A program made the translations under genes and the position numbers. From a virus (taxonomy: Duplodnaviria; Caudoviricetes), in IMG/VR virus record IMGVR_UViG_3300006802_000284, positions 1 through 33,662 of that record: a DNA stretch of 33,662 bases. One strand, 5' to 3'. The notes under the pieces were generated by a model. It was not told the DNA's origin. It did not search any database and saw nothing but the letters and a program-made list of their open reading frames with translations. Below, piece after piece: positions 8,332 through 16,959 of this stretch (positions are counted from its first letter, which is position 1; the number at the start of each line of letters is the position of its first letter).

Positions 8332-8381
8332 ACTGGTCATGGCGTTGCCAAGGTGGCAAGGCAAAAGGGAGAACTAAACCG

Positions 8382-9143
8382 ATGATAATCTATAATGGTC
8401 CTTCGTTGATTGATGGCGCGCCCATAGTGGTAATTGCCATCGCGAAAAAATCGAAAAACGCCAAGACCGGACCGATGGTTCAGACTTACATTCTCCGCGC
8501 CGATATCGACCCGCGCGACGCCAGCAAAACCGGCGCGGATTATTCGATATGTGGGGCTTGTCCTCATCGTGGCACGCCAACCGATGACCCGGCGCGCAAG
8601 CTTGCGAAAAATCGCGCGTGCTATGTGACCATCGGACAGGGTCCGCTCATCGTGTGGCGCGCATTCCATCGCGGCGCGTATGGCGTGGCCGCTGACGCTG
8701 ACGCTATCGCAAATATCGGAGCCGCGCGTATGGTGCGGCTCGGCACATATGGCGATCCGTCCGCCGTTCCCTCGCATGTGTGGCGCGCGTTGCTATCGCG
8801 TGCTGTGGGGCATACGGGCTACTCGCATCAACGCGCGATGTTGGGCGCAGATTTTGCGCCGGATCTTGTCATGGTGTCGGCTGATTCTATGGCGGACGCG
8901 CGCGACGCGTGGCGCGATGGCGCGCGGACATTCCGAATTATTCCGCGCGCAGATTGGAAAGCGCGGGGGCGCGATACGCTGGAAAAAGGGCGCGAGGTTT
9001 TGTGTCCTGCATCAGCGGAAGCCGGCTTCCGTTCGACGTGCGCGGATTGCGGGTTGTGTGCAGGCACCAGTAGCAAGAGCGCGCGCAGTGTCGCAATCGT
9101 GGCGCACGGTGCCGGCGCGAACATGATCGCGAGGGCTATCTAA
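8382..9143 (+). CDS. Cys-rich conserved phage protein (possibly Fe-S/radical-SAM-like or Gp88-like)
   Basis: AAGGGAGA RBS before ATG 8382. Motifs NAKTG, ICGACPHR...CYV, RLGTYGDP, GYSH, CPA...TCADCGLC. Confidence 0.75.
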   Translation: MIIYNGPSLIDGAPIVVIAIAKKSKNAKTGPMVQTYILRADIDPRDASKTGADYSICGACPHRGTPTDDPARKLAKNRACYVTIGQGPLIVWRAFHRGAYGVAADADAIANIGAARMVRLGTYGDPSAVPSHVWRALLSRAVGHTGYSHQRAMLGADFAPDLVMVSADSMADARDAWRDGARTFRIIPRADWKARGRDTLEKGREVLCPASAEAGFRSTCADCGLCAGTSSKSARSVAIVAHGAGANMIARAI

Positions 9144-9418
9144 TGGGTGCATTCAAGGGCTTTGACATTCTGACCGGTCAACTAGTGGAAAACCCGCGCG
9201 CGGGTTGGATATGTGCGCGCATCTCGCCCACGGCGGATTGTGTGGCGCTGGCGGATCTGTACGCGCGCCTCGCGTCGCATGTGTGCGATGAAACGGACTA
9301 CATGCTCGCGATAGAGCACCACGTCCGGCACATGGCCGTAGCAAGATTCGACCGTGACGACGTGCTAGCAGGGTGCGCCATGATCGACGCCACACAATCG
9401 GCAAAAGGTGGAGTTTAA
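9143..9418 (+). CDS. Hypothetical early protein
   Basis: TAATG coupling to the upstream gene, GAGG RBS. Confidence 0.65.
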   Translation: MGAFKGFDILTGQLVENPRAGWICARISPTADCVALADLYARLASHVCDETDYMLAIEHHVRHMAVARFDRDDVLAGCAMIDATQSAKGGV

Positions 9419-9618
9419 TGATGAACACGTACCACGAGACGAGACAGCCTTACGGCATAGAAGAAGTAACTCGACACGGGGCAGCTATCATCCTCAGGAA
9501 TTGGTGGTCGAATCCGCGGCAGTATCAGGTGGCGCGTGTGGCTAAGGGCCATTATATGGCGATCAATGCAGCGCGGGACTACTCCATTGAAATCCTCATT
9601 ATTGGGAGCAAAGCATGA
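9418..9618 (+). CDS. Hypothetical early protein
   Basis: GGAG RBS and TAATG overlap; MMNTYHETRQPYG... (start trimmed from the ORF track). Confidence 0.65.
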   Translation: MMNTYHETRQPYGIEEVTRHGAAIILRNWWSNPRQYQVARVAKGHYMAINAARDYSIEILIIGSKA

Positions 9619-9809
9619 AACCTTTGGCAAAGAGTCTTCATACGGTGACGGTATTGGTGGCGATTGCACGAGATCATGAGGCGCGTACAGGCCTGCCCGC
9701 CCATATATGGGGCATTGATCATGCTTTGGCTATCCTTGGGTACTCTGATGCGCGGGACGAGTACATGATCCGCGCACAGGCTATCGCTAAACTTAACAAG
9801 GGGAAATGA
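9615..9809 (+). CDS. Hypothetical early protein
   Basis: GGGAG RBS, ATGA overlap. Confidence 0.65.
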   Translation: MKPLAKSLHTVTVLVAIARDHEARTGLPAHIWGIDHALAILGYSDARDEYMIRAQAIAKLNKGK

Positions 9810-9812
9810 ATC

Positions 9813-10058
9813 ATGAAATACATATGTGAAGTCACAGATACTTTCGGGGGCGAGGCTAACTACTCGTGGGTGCGGCGCGGGGAATTTGTAGTGCCTGAGT
9901 TATGCACCAATTCTCTGTTAGTTCGCAGGGCAAAGAAAGCGATGGGATGGACTGGACGAACATATGCCGTAGATTTGGGGGACTACCTCATGGTCGCCCC
10001 TGAGAGGGCTAGTGCCTGCGTGGTCATGCATATCTACGTGTCGCACGAGGAGGTTTGA
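9813..10058 (+). CDS. Hypothetical early protein
   Basis: AAGGGG RBS; EVTDTFGGEANYSWVRR motif. Confidence 0.7.
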   Translation: MKYICEVTDTFGGEANYSWVRRGEFVVPELCTNSLLVRRAKKAMGWTGRTYAVDLGDYLMVAPERASACVVMHIYVSHEEV

Positions 10059-10061
10059 ATC

Positions 10062-10331
10062 ATGAACACCCAAGAATTGAAGACATTCATTCGATCCAAT
10101 GGATACGCGTGGCCGGGGGGCTATCCTTGTGCTCTGCTAATGGCGGACGGGGAATGCATAGATGCACAGGCAGCGCGAGAAAATTACCGCATGATCCTGC
10201 GTGCTATGAAACAAGACAGCAGGGATTGGAACGAATGGAAACCCTGCGGAGTGTTTATTCATTGGGAAGGCGATCCGATAATGTGCGCCCATTCGGGACG
10301 CGAGATTGCGCCTGCTTATTCTGACAATTGA
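10062..10331 (+). CDS. Hypothetical early protein
   Basis: GGAGG RBS; YAWPGGYP...DGECI...HWEG...CAH motif set. Confidence 0.75.
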   Translation: MNTQELKTFIRSNGYAWPGGYPCALLMADGECIDAQAARENYRMILRAMKQDSRDWNEWKPCGVFIHWEGDPIMCAHSGREIAPAYSDN

Positions 10332-10342
10332 AGAGGTGTACC

Positions 10343-10456
10343 ATGGAAACGATAGACCGTATCGCTAACGAGATTATATCGGGCATTGTGTATGCGACGA
10401 GTATCGCCTATACAATCCTTGTCCTTGTAGCCTGTTTTAAACTGATGGGAGCGTAA
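10343..10456 (+). CDS. Small single-pass membrane protein (37 aa; not in the ORF track)
   Basis: GAGGT RBS. METIDRIANEIISGIVYATSIAYTILVLVACFKLMGA fills the gap between neighbours. Confidence 0.65.
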   Translation: METIDRIANEIISGIVYATSIAYTILVLVACFKLMGA

Positions 10457-10460
10457 TGCC

Positions 10461-10811
10461 ATGTATCAGACCATCAACTTCAGCCAATTCGTAGATGCCT
10501 TCGTTGACATGGGGCGACAGTACAATTTCGCCACCCATGCGGAGAACAATGATCTCGTGGGATGGTACGACGGGCTGCGTGTCCTGTTCGACCATCTGGA
10601 AGAGGTGCATGACGGGGCATACGAGCTAGACGTGATCGCCTTGTGCTGCGAGTTCTCGCATGACACAGCACAGGAGATTGCGAACAATTACGGGTTAGAA
10701 TACGCAGGGAGAGATGAAGACGACGCGAACCTTGCCATGCGGGACTATCTGAACGGCGAGGGTATGTTGATTGGCGAGACTAAGTACGGTTTCGTTTATC
10801 GTCAACACTGA
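10461..10811 (+). CDS. Acidic hypothetical early protein
   Basis: GGGAG RBS; FVDAF..MGR..NF...LFDHLEE...ELDVIALCCEF. Confidence 0.75.
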   Translation: MYQTINFSQFVDAFVDMGRQYNFATHAENNDLVGWYDGLRVLFDHLEEVHDGAYELDVIALCCEFSHDTAQEIANNYGLEYAGRDEDDANLAMRDYLNGEGMLIGETKYGFVYRQH

Positions 10812-10865
10812 GGACGAAACGCCAGGTTTCTGGCGTCGGTACGTGATGCGTGCCCTGATGAGTCC
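10812..10865 (+). ncRNA. Hammerhead ribozyme, type II
   Basis: GGAC-GAA-ACGCCAG(GTTT)CTGGCGT-C-GGTACGT(GAT)GCGTGCC-CTGATGA-GTCC. All three stems pair and the core (CUGAUGA, GAAA, GUC) is intact. Predicted cleavage after C10837. Confidence 0.93.
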
Positions 10866-10879
10866 ACACGCTAGGGGGA

Positions 10880-11161
10880 ATGGAGATGTCTCACACTATG
10901 GCACATATGGCGATTGTTCTGGCTAGAAAGAATCTTGGCGCAGCTATTCAGGAATCGTCGGCTCGATTCTGCCTTGCCAATGCTGTACAGGCTTTTGACA
11001 ATGAGGATTTCGACATTGCCCATATGTGGGCGCGCAAGTCTTTGGCCTATTCTGTGGGGATATCCCATCCGGATTATGCCATCACTGCGCCTACCATCAC
11101 GCACAAGGGTCCATTGCATGAACATACCAATCTTACGGATTGGGAATCGGTAGCCACCTGA
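10880..11161 (+). CDS. Hypothetical early protein
   Basis: GGGGGA RBS (alternative start 10886); ARKSLAYSVGISHPDY motif. Confidence 0.7.
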   Translation: MEMSHTMAHMAIVLARKNLGAAIQESSARFCLANAVQAFDNEDFDIAHMWARKSLAYSVGISHPDYAITAPTITHKGPLHEHTNLTDWESVAT

Positions 11162-11179
11162 AATTGGAGGGAATGGGTT

Positions 11180-11386
11180 ATGAACATTAGAGTGGGCGAT
11201 AGGGTCAGATCAAAAAAAGGCGCCTTTACCAAAGTATACGGAACTGTAGTATCCATTAGTCCAGAATCCTGGGTTACGGGAAAGGATGGGGAACGGCACA
11301 AGTATCAGGAAACTGCGGCGTCGGTGTATGTAGGCAAGTATTACAGCCCATTGGTGCCTGTTTCTGATTTGGAAATTGCGGGGTGA
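11180..11386 (+). CDS. Hypothetical early protein (SH3/KOW-like beta fold possible)
   Basis: GGAGG RBS; IRVGDRV...GTVVSI. Confidence 0.7.
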   Translation: MNIRVGDRVRSKKGAFTKVYGTVVSISPESWVTGKDGERHKYQETAASVYVGKYYSPLVPVSDLEIAG

Positions 11387-11574
11387 AAGCAATGAACGAA
11401 CAAGACATTGAGCAGATGGTGGCGTGGTCTTTCGATAATCTGGACCGGCGGTATATGCGCGGGCAAGTATCGAACGAGGATTACGATAGGGAGGCTACGG
11501 CTATCGAAGCGTGGGCACATAGCCAACTATCATCCGTTCCATACCACGGAACCGGTTTCAATGTCAACCGCTAG
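11383..11574 (+). CDS. Hypothetical early protein
   Basis: GTGA overlap (or ATG 11392); acidic and probably helical. Confidence 0.6.
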   Translation: MKAMNEQDIEQMVAWSFDNLDRRYMRGQVSNEDYDREATAIEAWAHSQLSSVPYHGTGFNVNR

Positions 11575-11656
11575 AATATGGGGTGATGGCACCGATACTG
11601 GTAGTATTCACGATAACCTTATTGGATTTACGCACAGAACAGAGTATTTTTATCAC

Positions 11657-11720
11657 AGTACTAGTACTAGTAAGTACAAGTACTAACCTAAAGGTTTATC
11701 ACTAGTACTAAGTACTAGTA
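11657..11720. repeat. Second AGTACT/ACTAGT array with AACCTAAAGGTTTA core
   Basis: Core at 11685-11698 is identical to 7628-7641 and is flanked by AGTACT repeats. Confidence 0.85.
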
Positions 11721-11732
11721 AGGGGGATCACG

Positions 11733-11942
11733 ATGAAGATGACATTCAGGAATGAACAGGACGGCGTGGAATCCAGGATTCAGCAGATCGGAAACGGCAA
11801 GTACAGCGTGACACTGTGGGATCTGGATTCTGGAGAGTGTCTGCCCCATGCTCGACACTATCGTGAACTGAATGCAGCGATTGACACTGCGAAACTATGG
11901 GCTAATATCAGTCCGTCACCTACGATTACTTTGGAGGTGTGA
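11733..11942 (+). CDS. Hypothetical protein
   Basis: AAGGGGG RBS. Confidence 0.7.
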   Translation: MKMTFRNEQDGVESRIQQIGNGKYSVTLWDLDSGECLPHARHYRELNAAIDTAKLWANISPSPTITLEV

Positions 11943-11943
11943 A

Positions 11944-12225
11944 ATGTGGAATGCGTACACGGCAGATGAACCTGATCCTTTTCCTGAAATGGAGGCTCGC
12001 ATGATCGAAGCAAGGATAGAAGATCTAATGGGGGATTTTGGCTGGGTTGAATCAGTCTTGGATTATGGCGGCTTGACTGATGACGCAATGATTAACGCAA
12101 TCACTGCGAGTTATGGGCCGGAATATCACTCGCGCATAGGTGGCTTGCTGGTAGACATTCTCATGCGTAAAGCGGAAGAAGAGGCAACCGAATGGGTACG
12201 AAACAAGGAGTATCTCGATGTTTAA
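11944..12225 (+). CDS. Acidic hypothetical protein
   Basis: GGAGG RBS before ATG 11944; D/E-rich. Confidence 0.7.
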   Translation: MWNAYTADEPDPFPEMEARMIEARIEDLMGDFGWVESVLDYGGLTDDAMINAITASYGPEYHSRIGGLLVDILMRKAEEEATEWVRNKEYLDV

Positions 12226-12415
12226 ATTATATCAAGTCGAAGCGGAGTTCACGCACGGTAATATGCGATTTAACGTGCTATTCAAAACTCGCGAGAGAGC
12301 AGAGCAACACGTTCAAGATTTGAACAAACCGTTCGTGTCCGTTCTGGATGGCAGGGAATACCCTCCGATGGGGATCGAAGCGTACAAAATCATTGAAGTG
12401 GGGGTCATCGAATGA
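12218..12415 (+). CDS. Hypothetical protein
   Basis: AAGGAG RBS. Confidence 0.7.
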   Translation: MFKLYQVEAEFTHGNMRFNVLFKTRERAEQHVQDLNKPFVSVLDGREYPPMGIEAYKIIEVGVIE

Positions 12416-12630
12416 GCAAGATGAGTGACTTCTCGATTTGGATTGAGGAAATCCTGGTTAATAGGGGATGGGATCTTGATGATCCCGAGGTCAACTACTG
12501 CATCAATCGGCATCAGGCGTACCTCATGTCAATGTACGCGGGAGATTGTCCCGAGGTTGAGGTGGCGAGGGCCTTCGCAGGCTTCTGGCACAGGTCGGTC
12601 GGTTTTCCCGCTGAGGTGTTCGAGCCATGA
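12412..12630 (+). CDS. Hypothetical protein
   Basis: ATGA overlap, GGGGG RBS. Confidence 0.65.
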   Translation: MSKMSDFSIWIEEILVNRGWDLDDPEVNYCINRHQAYLMSMYAGDCPEVEVARAFAGFWHRSVGFPAEVFEP

Positions 12631-12713
12631 ATGGGAACGATGTCTTGATGTTCCTTGGATTGTGTGCTCTCATTGCGGCTATTCACTGGTATGAACAGGA
12701 TCGCTGGCCATGA
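12627..12713 (+). CDS. Tiny membrane peptide (28 aa; not in the ORF track)
   Basis: GAGGT RBS, ATGA overlaps at both ends; MNGNDVLMFLGLCALIAAIHWYEQDRWP. Confidence 0.6.
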   Translation: MNGNDVLMFLGLCALIAAIHWYEQDRWP

Positions 12714-12961
12714 GGTGCAGGGCCTGTAACAGGAAAATGGAAGTTCTGCGCTCGAAACACGGCGGGTACGAGGACTTATGTTACTTGTGTCGAAGCTATG
12801 TAGCACGGGATATGCGTGCCAAGATGCAAGGAAGGGACGAGGAGTCCCTAAGCGAGGACATCGTGCTGGACATTGAACCGCAGGAACCAGAAGACGAGTG
12901 GTCAATACCAGAAAGGGGACGAGAGTGGGGATCAATATTGGAGAACTTCGATGAGCATTGA
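12710..12961 (+). CDS. Putative Zn-binding protein
   Basis: MRCRAC...LCYLC (two CxxC motifs) with an acidic tail. Confidence 0.7.
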   Translation: MRCRACNRKMEVLRSKHGGYEDLCYLCRSYVARDMRAKMQGRDEESLSEDIVLDIEPQEPEDEWSIPERGREWGSILENFDEH

Positions 12962-13097
12962 ATGGGACGTAGATTTTAGTGACGCGCAGCGTCGGTATAT
13001 TGTCATGGTCGATCTCGGGGACGATACGGTGACGTTTACCCGCGAGATGCTGGCCGAAATGTTGAACGCATTGGATGACGCAGAGGCGTCAGTGTGA
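12951..13097 (+). CDS. Hypothetical protein
   Basis: GGAGA RBS before ATG 12951 (MSIEWDVDF...). Confidence 0.6.
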   Translation: MSIEWDVDFSDAQRRYIVMVDLGDDTVTFTREMLAEMLNALDDAEASV

Positions 13098-13103
13098 GGC
13101 GAT

Positions 13104-14783
13104 ATGAAGACAAGGTGTCCGAAGTGTGAGGCCGAAGGAAGGGATCAGCGTGGAAACAATGCCACGATTTACCCTGACGGCGGTATGTTCTGCCATGCTG
13201 GTCACGGTAAGATAACCGGATCAGCGAGCGAGGTGACACGGATGGAAAGCAAGGTATCGATTCAGGATTGCCTATCCGAACCAGAAGGACATGATCCTGA
13301 GCGTAAGATCAGCGAGGAGATCGTTAAGAAGTACGGCATACGGTGCGTGTACGATACCGCGACAGGGAAACCCAAGCGAACCTATTATCCCTATGCAGAT
13401 CGGGATGGAAAGATCACGGGATTCAAGGTCCGGAACATCCAGATCAAAGAGTTTTTTGTTGTCGGTAAACTAAATGGTTTATGGGGCAAACAAGTCGCAC
13501 ACAAAGTGCCGCATGGCGCACTCATTATCACAGAGGGAGAGGAAGATGCACTTGCCATCGCTGAAATGCTACGAAATAGTCCTGGCTCTGTCCATGACTG
13601 TGTTTCCATTCCTAATGGCGCTAACAGTGACGGTCGAGTCGATGCCTCCGTCCAAGCCGACATTGACTTCATCCGCAGATACCAAAAGGTTTACCTGTGT
13701 CTGGACTCAGACGAGTCCGGCAAATCAACAGCAAAGAAACTTGCTGGATGGCTCTCAGGTTTCGTGCCGGATGTACGCCTAGTCGATGTACCGCACAAGG
13801 ATGCGAGTGCTTGCCTAGTTGGTGGCTTTAAGGCTGAGTTCGCTCAGGCAGTGAAGGCTACGCCACAGTTCCGGCCAGAGGGTATCGTGCATGGATCGGA
13901 GATCAGCATTCAGGATCTCATGCGCTCCGTTCCCGAAGGCTTTGACACTCCGTTCCCCGGTCTGAACAACAAACTGCACGGTCTACGGAAAGGCGAGATT
14001 CTGACAGTCTGTGCAGGCTCAGGCATTGGCAAGTCCACGCTAGTCAAGGAGATCGGGTATGACTTGGTTGTACGGCATGGCCTGAAGGTATGCCACATTG
14101 CACTGGAAGATGTTGTCGAAGCAACAGCAGCGAGCTATGTAGCGATGGACAACAATGTACCGAGTAGTAAGTTCCGCACGGATCCGGGTTGCATACCTAT
14201 GCGCCTCGTTGAAAGTTCGATGGACCGCACGGTACGCAAGATGTACTTCTTCAATCACTTCGGCAGTATCGATAGCAGTTCGTTCAAAGAGAAGCTGTTC
14301 TACTACGCCAGATCAGGCGTGGACTTCATCATCCTTGACCACTTGAGCATGGTCATCTCTGGCTCAGATGTGCAGAATGAACGCAAAGAGATCGACAAGA
14401 TTATGACGGATCTCGCACAGATGGTAGTGTCTACCGGCGTTGGTCTTATCAACGTAGTGCATCTCAAGCGCAGGGAATCCCGTGATGCAGGCAAGTCGCT
14501 GAACGAGGGAGGGAATGTCTCGCTCACGGATCTGCGTGGCAGTGCTGCATTGGAGCAACTAAGCTGGGGTGTGCTTGCAATGGAGCGGAACCAGCAAGCC
14601 GAGGATGGATCGGAAGACTTCGTATCCTTGCGTGTACTCAAGAACAGGACTTGGGGCTACACTGGTCAGGCTGGACGGTGTAAGTACGTGCATAACAGTG
14701 GTCGCATGATTCCAGTGGATGAGGAGATCCCTGAGAGTACGCCGCAATCGATGGATGAGTATTTGGAAGCTGAATATAGTTAG
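13104..14783 (+). CDS. DNA primase-helicase (T7 gp4-like)
   Basis: Zn finger CPKC..CH, TOPRIM TEGEEDA/DSD, Walker A AGSGIGKST, DHLS, LRGSAALEQLS, KNR. Confidence 0.96.
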   Translation: MKTRCPKCEAEGRDQRGNNATIYPDGGMFCHAGHGKITGSASEVTRMESKVSIQDCLSEPEGHDPERKISEEIVKKYGIRCVYDTATGKPKRTYYPYADRDGKITGFKVRNIQIKEFFVVGKLNGLWGKQVAHKVPHGALIITEGEEDALAIAEMLRNSPGSVHDCVSIPNGANSDGRVDASVQADIDFIRRYQKVYLCLDSDESGKSTAKKLAGWLSGFVPDVRLVDVPHKDASACLVGGFKAEFAQAVKATPQFRPEGIVHGSEISIQDLMRSVPEGFDTPFPGLNNKLHGLRKGEILTVCAGSGIGKSTLVKEIGYDLVVRHGLKVCHIALEDVVEATAASYVAMDNNVPSSKFRTDPGCIPMRLVESSMDRTVRKMYFFNHFGSIDSSSFKEKLFYYARSGVDFIILDHLSMVISGSDVQNERKEIDKIMTDLAQMVVSTGVGLINVVHLKRRESRDAGKSLNEGGNVSLTDLRGSAALEQLSWGVLAMERNQQAEDGSEDFVSLRVLKNRTWGYTGQAGRCKYVHNSGRMIPVDEEIPESTPQSMDEYLEAEYS

Positions 14784-14793
14784 GAGATGGCGC

Positions 14794-15033
14794 ATGAACA
14801 AACTAATTGAACAAATGATGCTGGATGCCACCAAAGATATGCCTCATGGTTACTATGTACCTCCTCAATATTGGGAAAAGTTCGCCGAGTTGATTGTCAA
14901 GAAAACTATTTCTGAGATCTCTCATCAGATGTTTCATCATGGTATAGATGAATCAAATAATCCACGCTTTTATAAAGCAATAGACGAAACCGAAAAATCT
15001 TTTGGACTCGCATGTTCAAGGGGTGACGCATGA
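14794..15033 (+). CDS. Hypothetical protein
   Basis: AGGAG RBS; EKFAELIV motif; visibly more AT-rich than its flanks. Confidence 0.65.
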   Translation: MNKLIEQMMLDATKDMPHGYYVPPQYWEKFAELIVKKTISEISHQMFHHGIDESNNPRFYKAIDETEKSFGLACSRGDA

Positions 15034-16943
15034 TGATCGTGTATCTGGACCTTGAGACTAACTTCCCTGAGCAGAAGGCATTTCAGGATCTTGGTCAGAT
15101 GGCCGTTGATCGTGTTACTTGCATGGTCTTCAGTGTGAATGACCACGGCGATGAGTACACCGAGGTTATTACGGATGTCGGACCGGATAACTTTGCTTTC
15201 TTTCGGTACTGCACAGAGAAGGAAGATGTTGTCTTCGTTGGGCACAACATCTGTCGCTTTGATGCGCCTGTAATCAAGCGCCTGTTTGGCATGGATCTGT
15301 ACGAGCATGGCAAGGTTCACGATACTCTGATCATGTCCAAGATCATGTACCCTGAGCGCACAAGCCATAGTCTGGATTCATGGTACAAAGATTTCTGCTT
15401 GGTAAAGCGCCCTCTTTCTGAAGGATTAGGGGACATGGTGGCTCGCTGTAGGGAAGACGTACAAGTAACCCGTTATCTGTACGAGCAGATGATCTCTGAT
15501 GCCATGAACAACAAGATTCCCGAGCAAGTGTGGGACATCGAGACTCAGGTGGCACGCATCGTGGCTGGACAGCACGAGCGAGGTGTAACCTTTAACGTGA
15601 CAGCGGCCAAGGAACTGCATGAAACTTTAACTGCTCGCATGAATAGCCTAGCCAAGGGAGTAGCGGAAGGCGCAGGGCTTCTTCCAGTGCCCGAGAACAA
15701 GCTGGATATGCCTCCGAAGCAACAGTTCAAGAAGGATGGAAGACCTAGCGTAGCGATTACCAAGTACATCGAGCGTAATGGCTGGGAATTAGTGCGAGAG
15801 GATTGCTGGAAGGCCCGCAAGAACTCTCTGATGAGTTATCCGCTGCCTCTGGCTCAGGCGCTGAACCGACACAGGCATCTGGACATAGGATCTAGTGACG
15901 AGGTGAAGGAATACCTTCTTGCTTTGGGTTGGAAGCCTACAATCTGGAATTACAAGGTGGATCCCGAGACACGCAAGAAGACCAAGACCTCCCCGAAGCT
16001 ACACGGAGATGACGGTGCTATGTGCCCCGGTCTGGATGCGATTCCTGGTGCTGCGGATCAGGTAGCTAAGATCAAGGAGTACCTGACGATCCGTAACCGT
16101 CGCAATGTCCTTGCCTCTGACTCAGGATCAGGCTGGCTGAACCATACTAGGGTGAAACGTGATGGCCTGATTGGATCTGATGCGGACACAGTAGGGGCTG
16201 TCACTGGAAGATTCACGCATCGGGTTATAGCCAACATTCCAAGGGCATCCAGCGCCTACGGAGAGGAGATCAGAGGGCTGTTCACTGCGCGGGAGGGCTA
16301 CGTCATGGTTGGATGGGATGCCAGTTCCCTAGAGGCCCGCATGGAGGCGCACTATACCTTCCCTATCGACGGCGGAGCCTACGGCGAGGAACTTCTGGCT
16401 GGTGACATACACACCAAGAACCAGATGGCTCTGGGACTGCCTACGAGGGCACAGGCTAAGACCTTCAAGTACGCTGTCACCTATGGCGCAAGCCCTAACA
16501 AGCTGGCTAGTCAGTTCGGCTGGTCCAAGGCTCATGCAGAGGATGTATTCCAAGCGTACTGGAACGCAAACCCGGCACTGAAGGAACTGCATCGCAGGGT
16601 TCAGGTAGCAGCCAACCGTGGGTATCTAGTCGCCATAGATCGCAGGCGTATCCCCGTGGAATCCATGCACTCGGCTCTGAACCGGCTGTTTCAATCGGCA
16701 GGGGCGATCACGATGAAGTATGCTATGGTCATTGCCGACAAGACGATCAAGGGCAAGGGGCTGGATGCCTATGGACTTATCCGGTATCACGATGAGGAAC
16801 AATGGGAGGCACGCCAAGATGTAGCCGAGGAAGTAGGGCAGCTTGGGATACAGTCCATCGTATCCGCAGGCAAGATGTTAAAACTAAACGTACCCTTGAC
16901 AGGGGAATACAAGATCGGTCAGAATTGGTCTGAAACTCACTGA
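15030..16943 (+). CDS. DNA polymerase family A with 3'-5' exonuclease
   Basis: ExoI DLET, ExoII GHNICRFD, motif A WDASSLEAR, motif B RAQAKTFKYAVTYG, motif C YHDE. Confidence 0.97.
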   Translation: MMIVYLDLETNFPEQKAFQDLGQMAVDRVTCMVFSVNDHGDEYTEVITDVGPDNFAFFRYCTEKEDVVFVGHNICRFDAPVIKRLFGMDLYEHGKVHDTLIMSKIMYPERTSHSLDSWYKDFCLVKRPLSEGLGDMVARCREDVQVTRYLYEQMISDAMNNKIPEQVWDIETQVARIVAGQHERGVTFNVTAAKELHETLTARMNSLAKGVAEGAGLLPVPENKLDMPPKQQFKKDGRPSVAITKYIERNGWELVREDCWKARKNSLMSYPLPLAQALNRHRHLDIGSSDEVKEYLLALGWKPTIWNYKVDPETRKKTKTSPKLHGDDGAMCPGLDAIPGAADQVAKIKEYLTIRNRRNVLASDSGSGWLNHTRVKRDGLIGSDADTVGAVTGRFTHRVIANIPRASSAYGEEIRGLFTAREGYVMVGWDASSLEARMEAHYTFPIDGGAYGEELLAGDIHTKNQMALGLPTRAQAKTFKYAVTYGASPNKLASQFGWSKAHAEDVFQAYWNANPALKELHRRVQVAANRGYLVAIDRRRIPVESMHSALNRLFQSAGAITMKYAMVIADKTIKGKGLDAYGLIRYHDEEQWEARQDVAEEVGQLGIQSIVSAGKMLKLNVPLTGEYKIGQNWSETH

Positions 16944-16959
16944 TCCAAAGGAGGATCAC

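Noticed and set aside
7728-8364. Short ORFs in the control region and the 8256 upstream extension of the first early gene
   Set aside because: No RBS, low-complexity translations and overlap with regulatory motifs; a good RBS supports ATG 8382.
11561-11704. Possible small ORFs running through the second AGTACT array
   Set aside because: Weak or no RBS, and the translation merely reflects the repeat.
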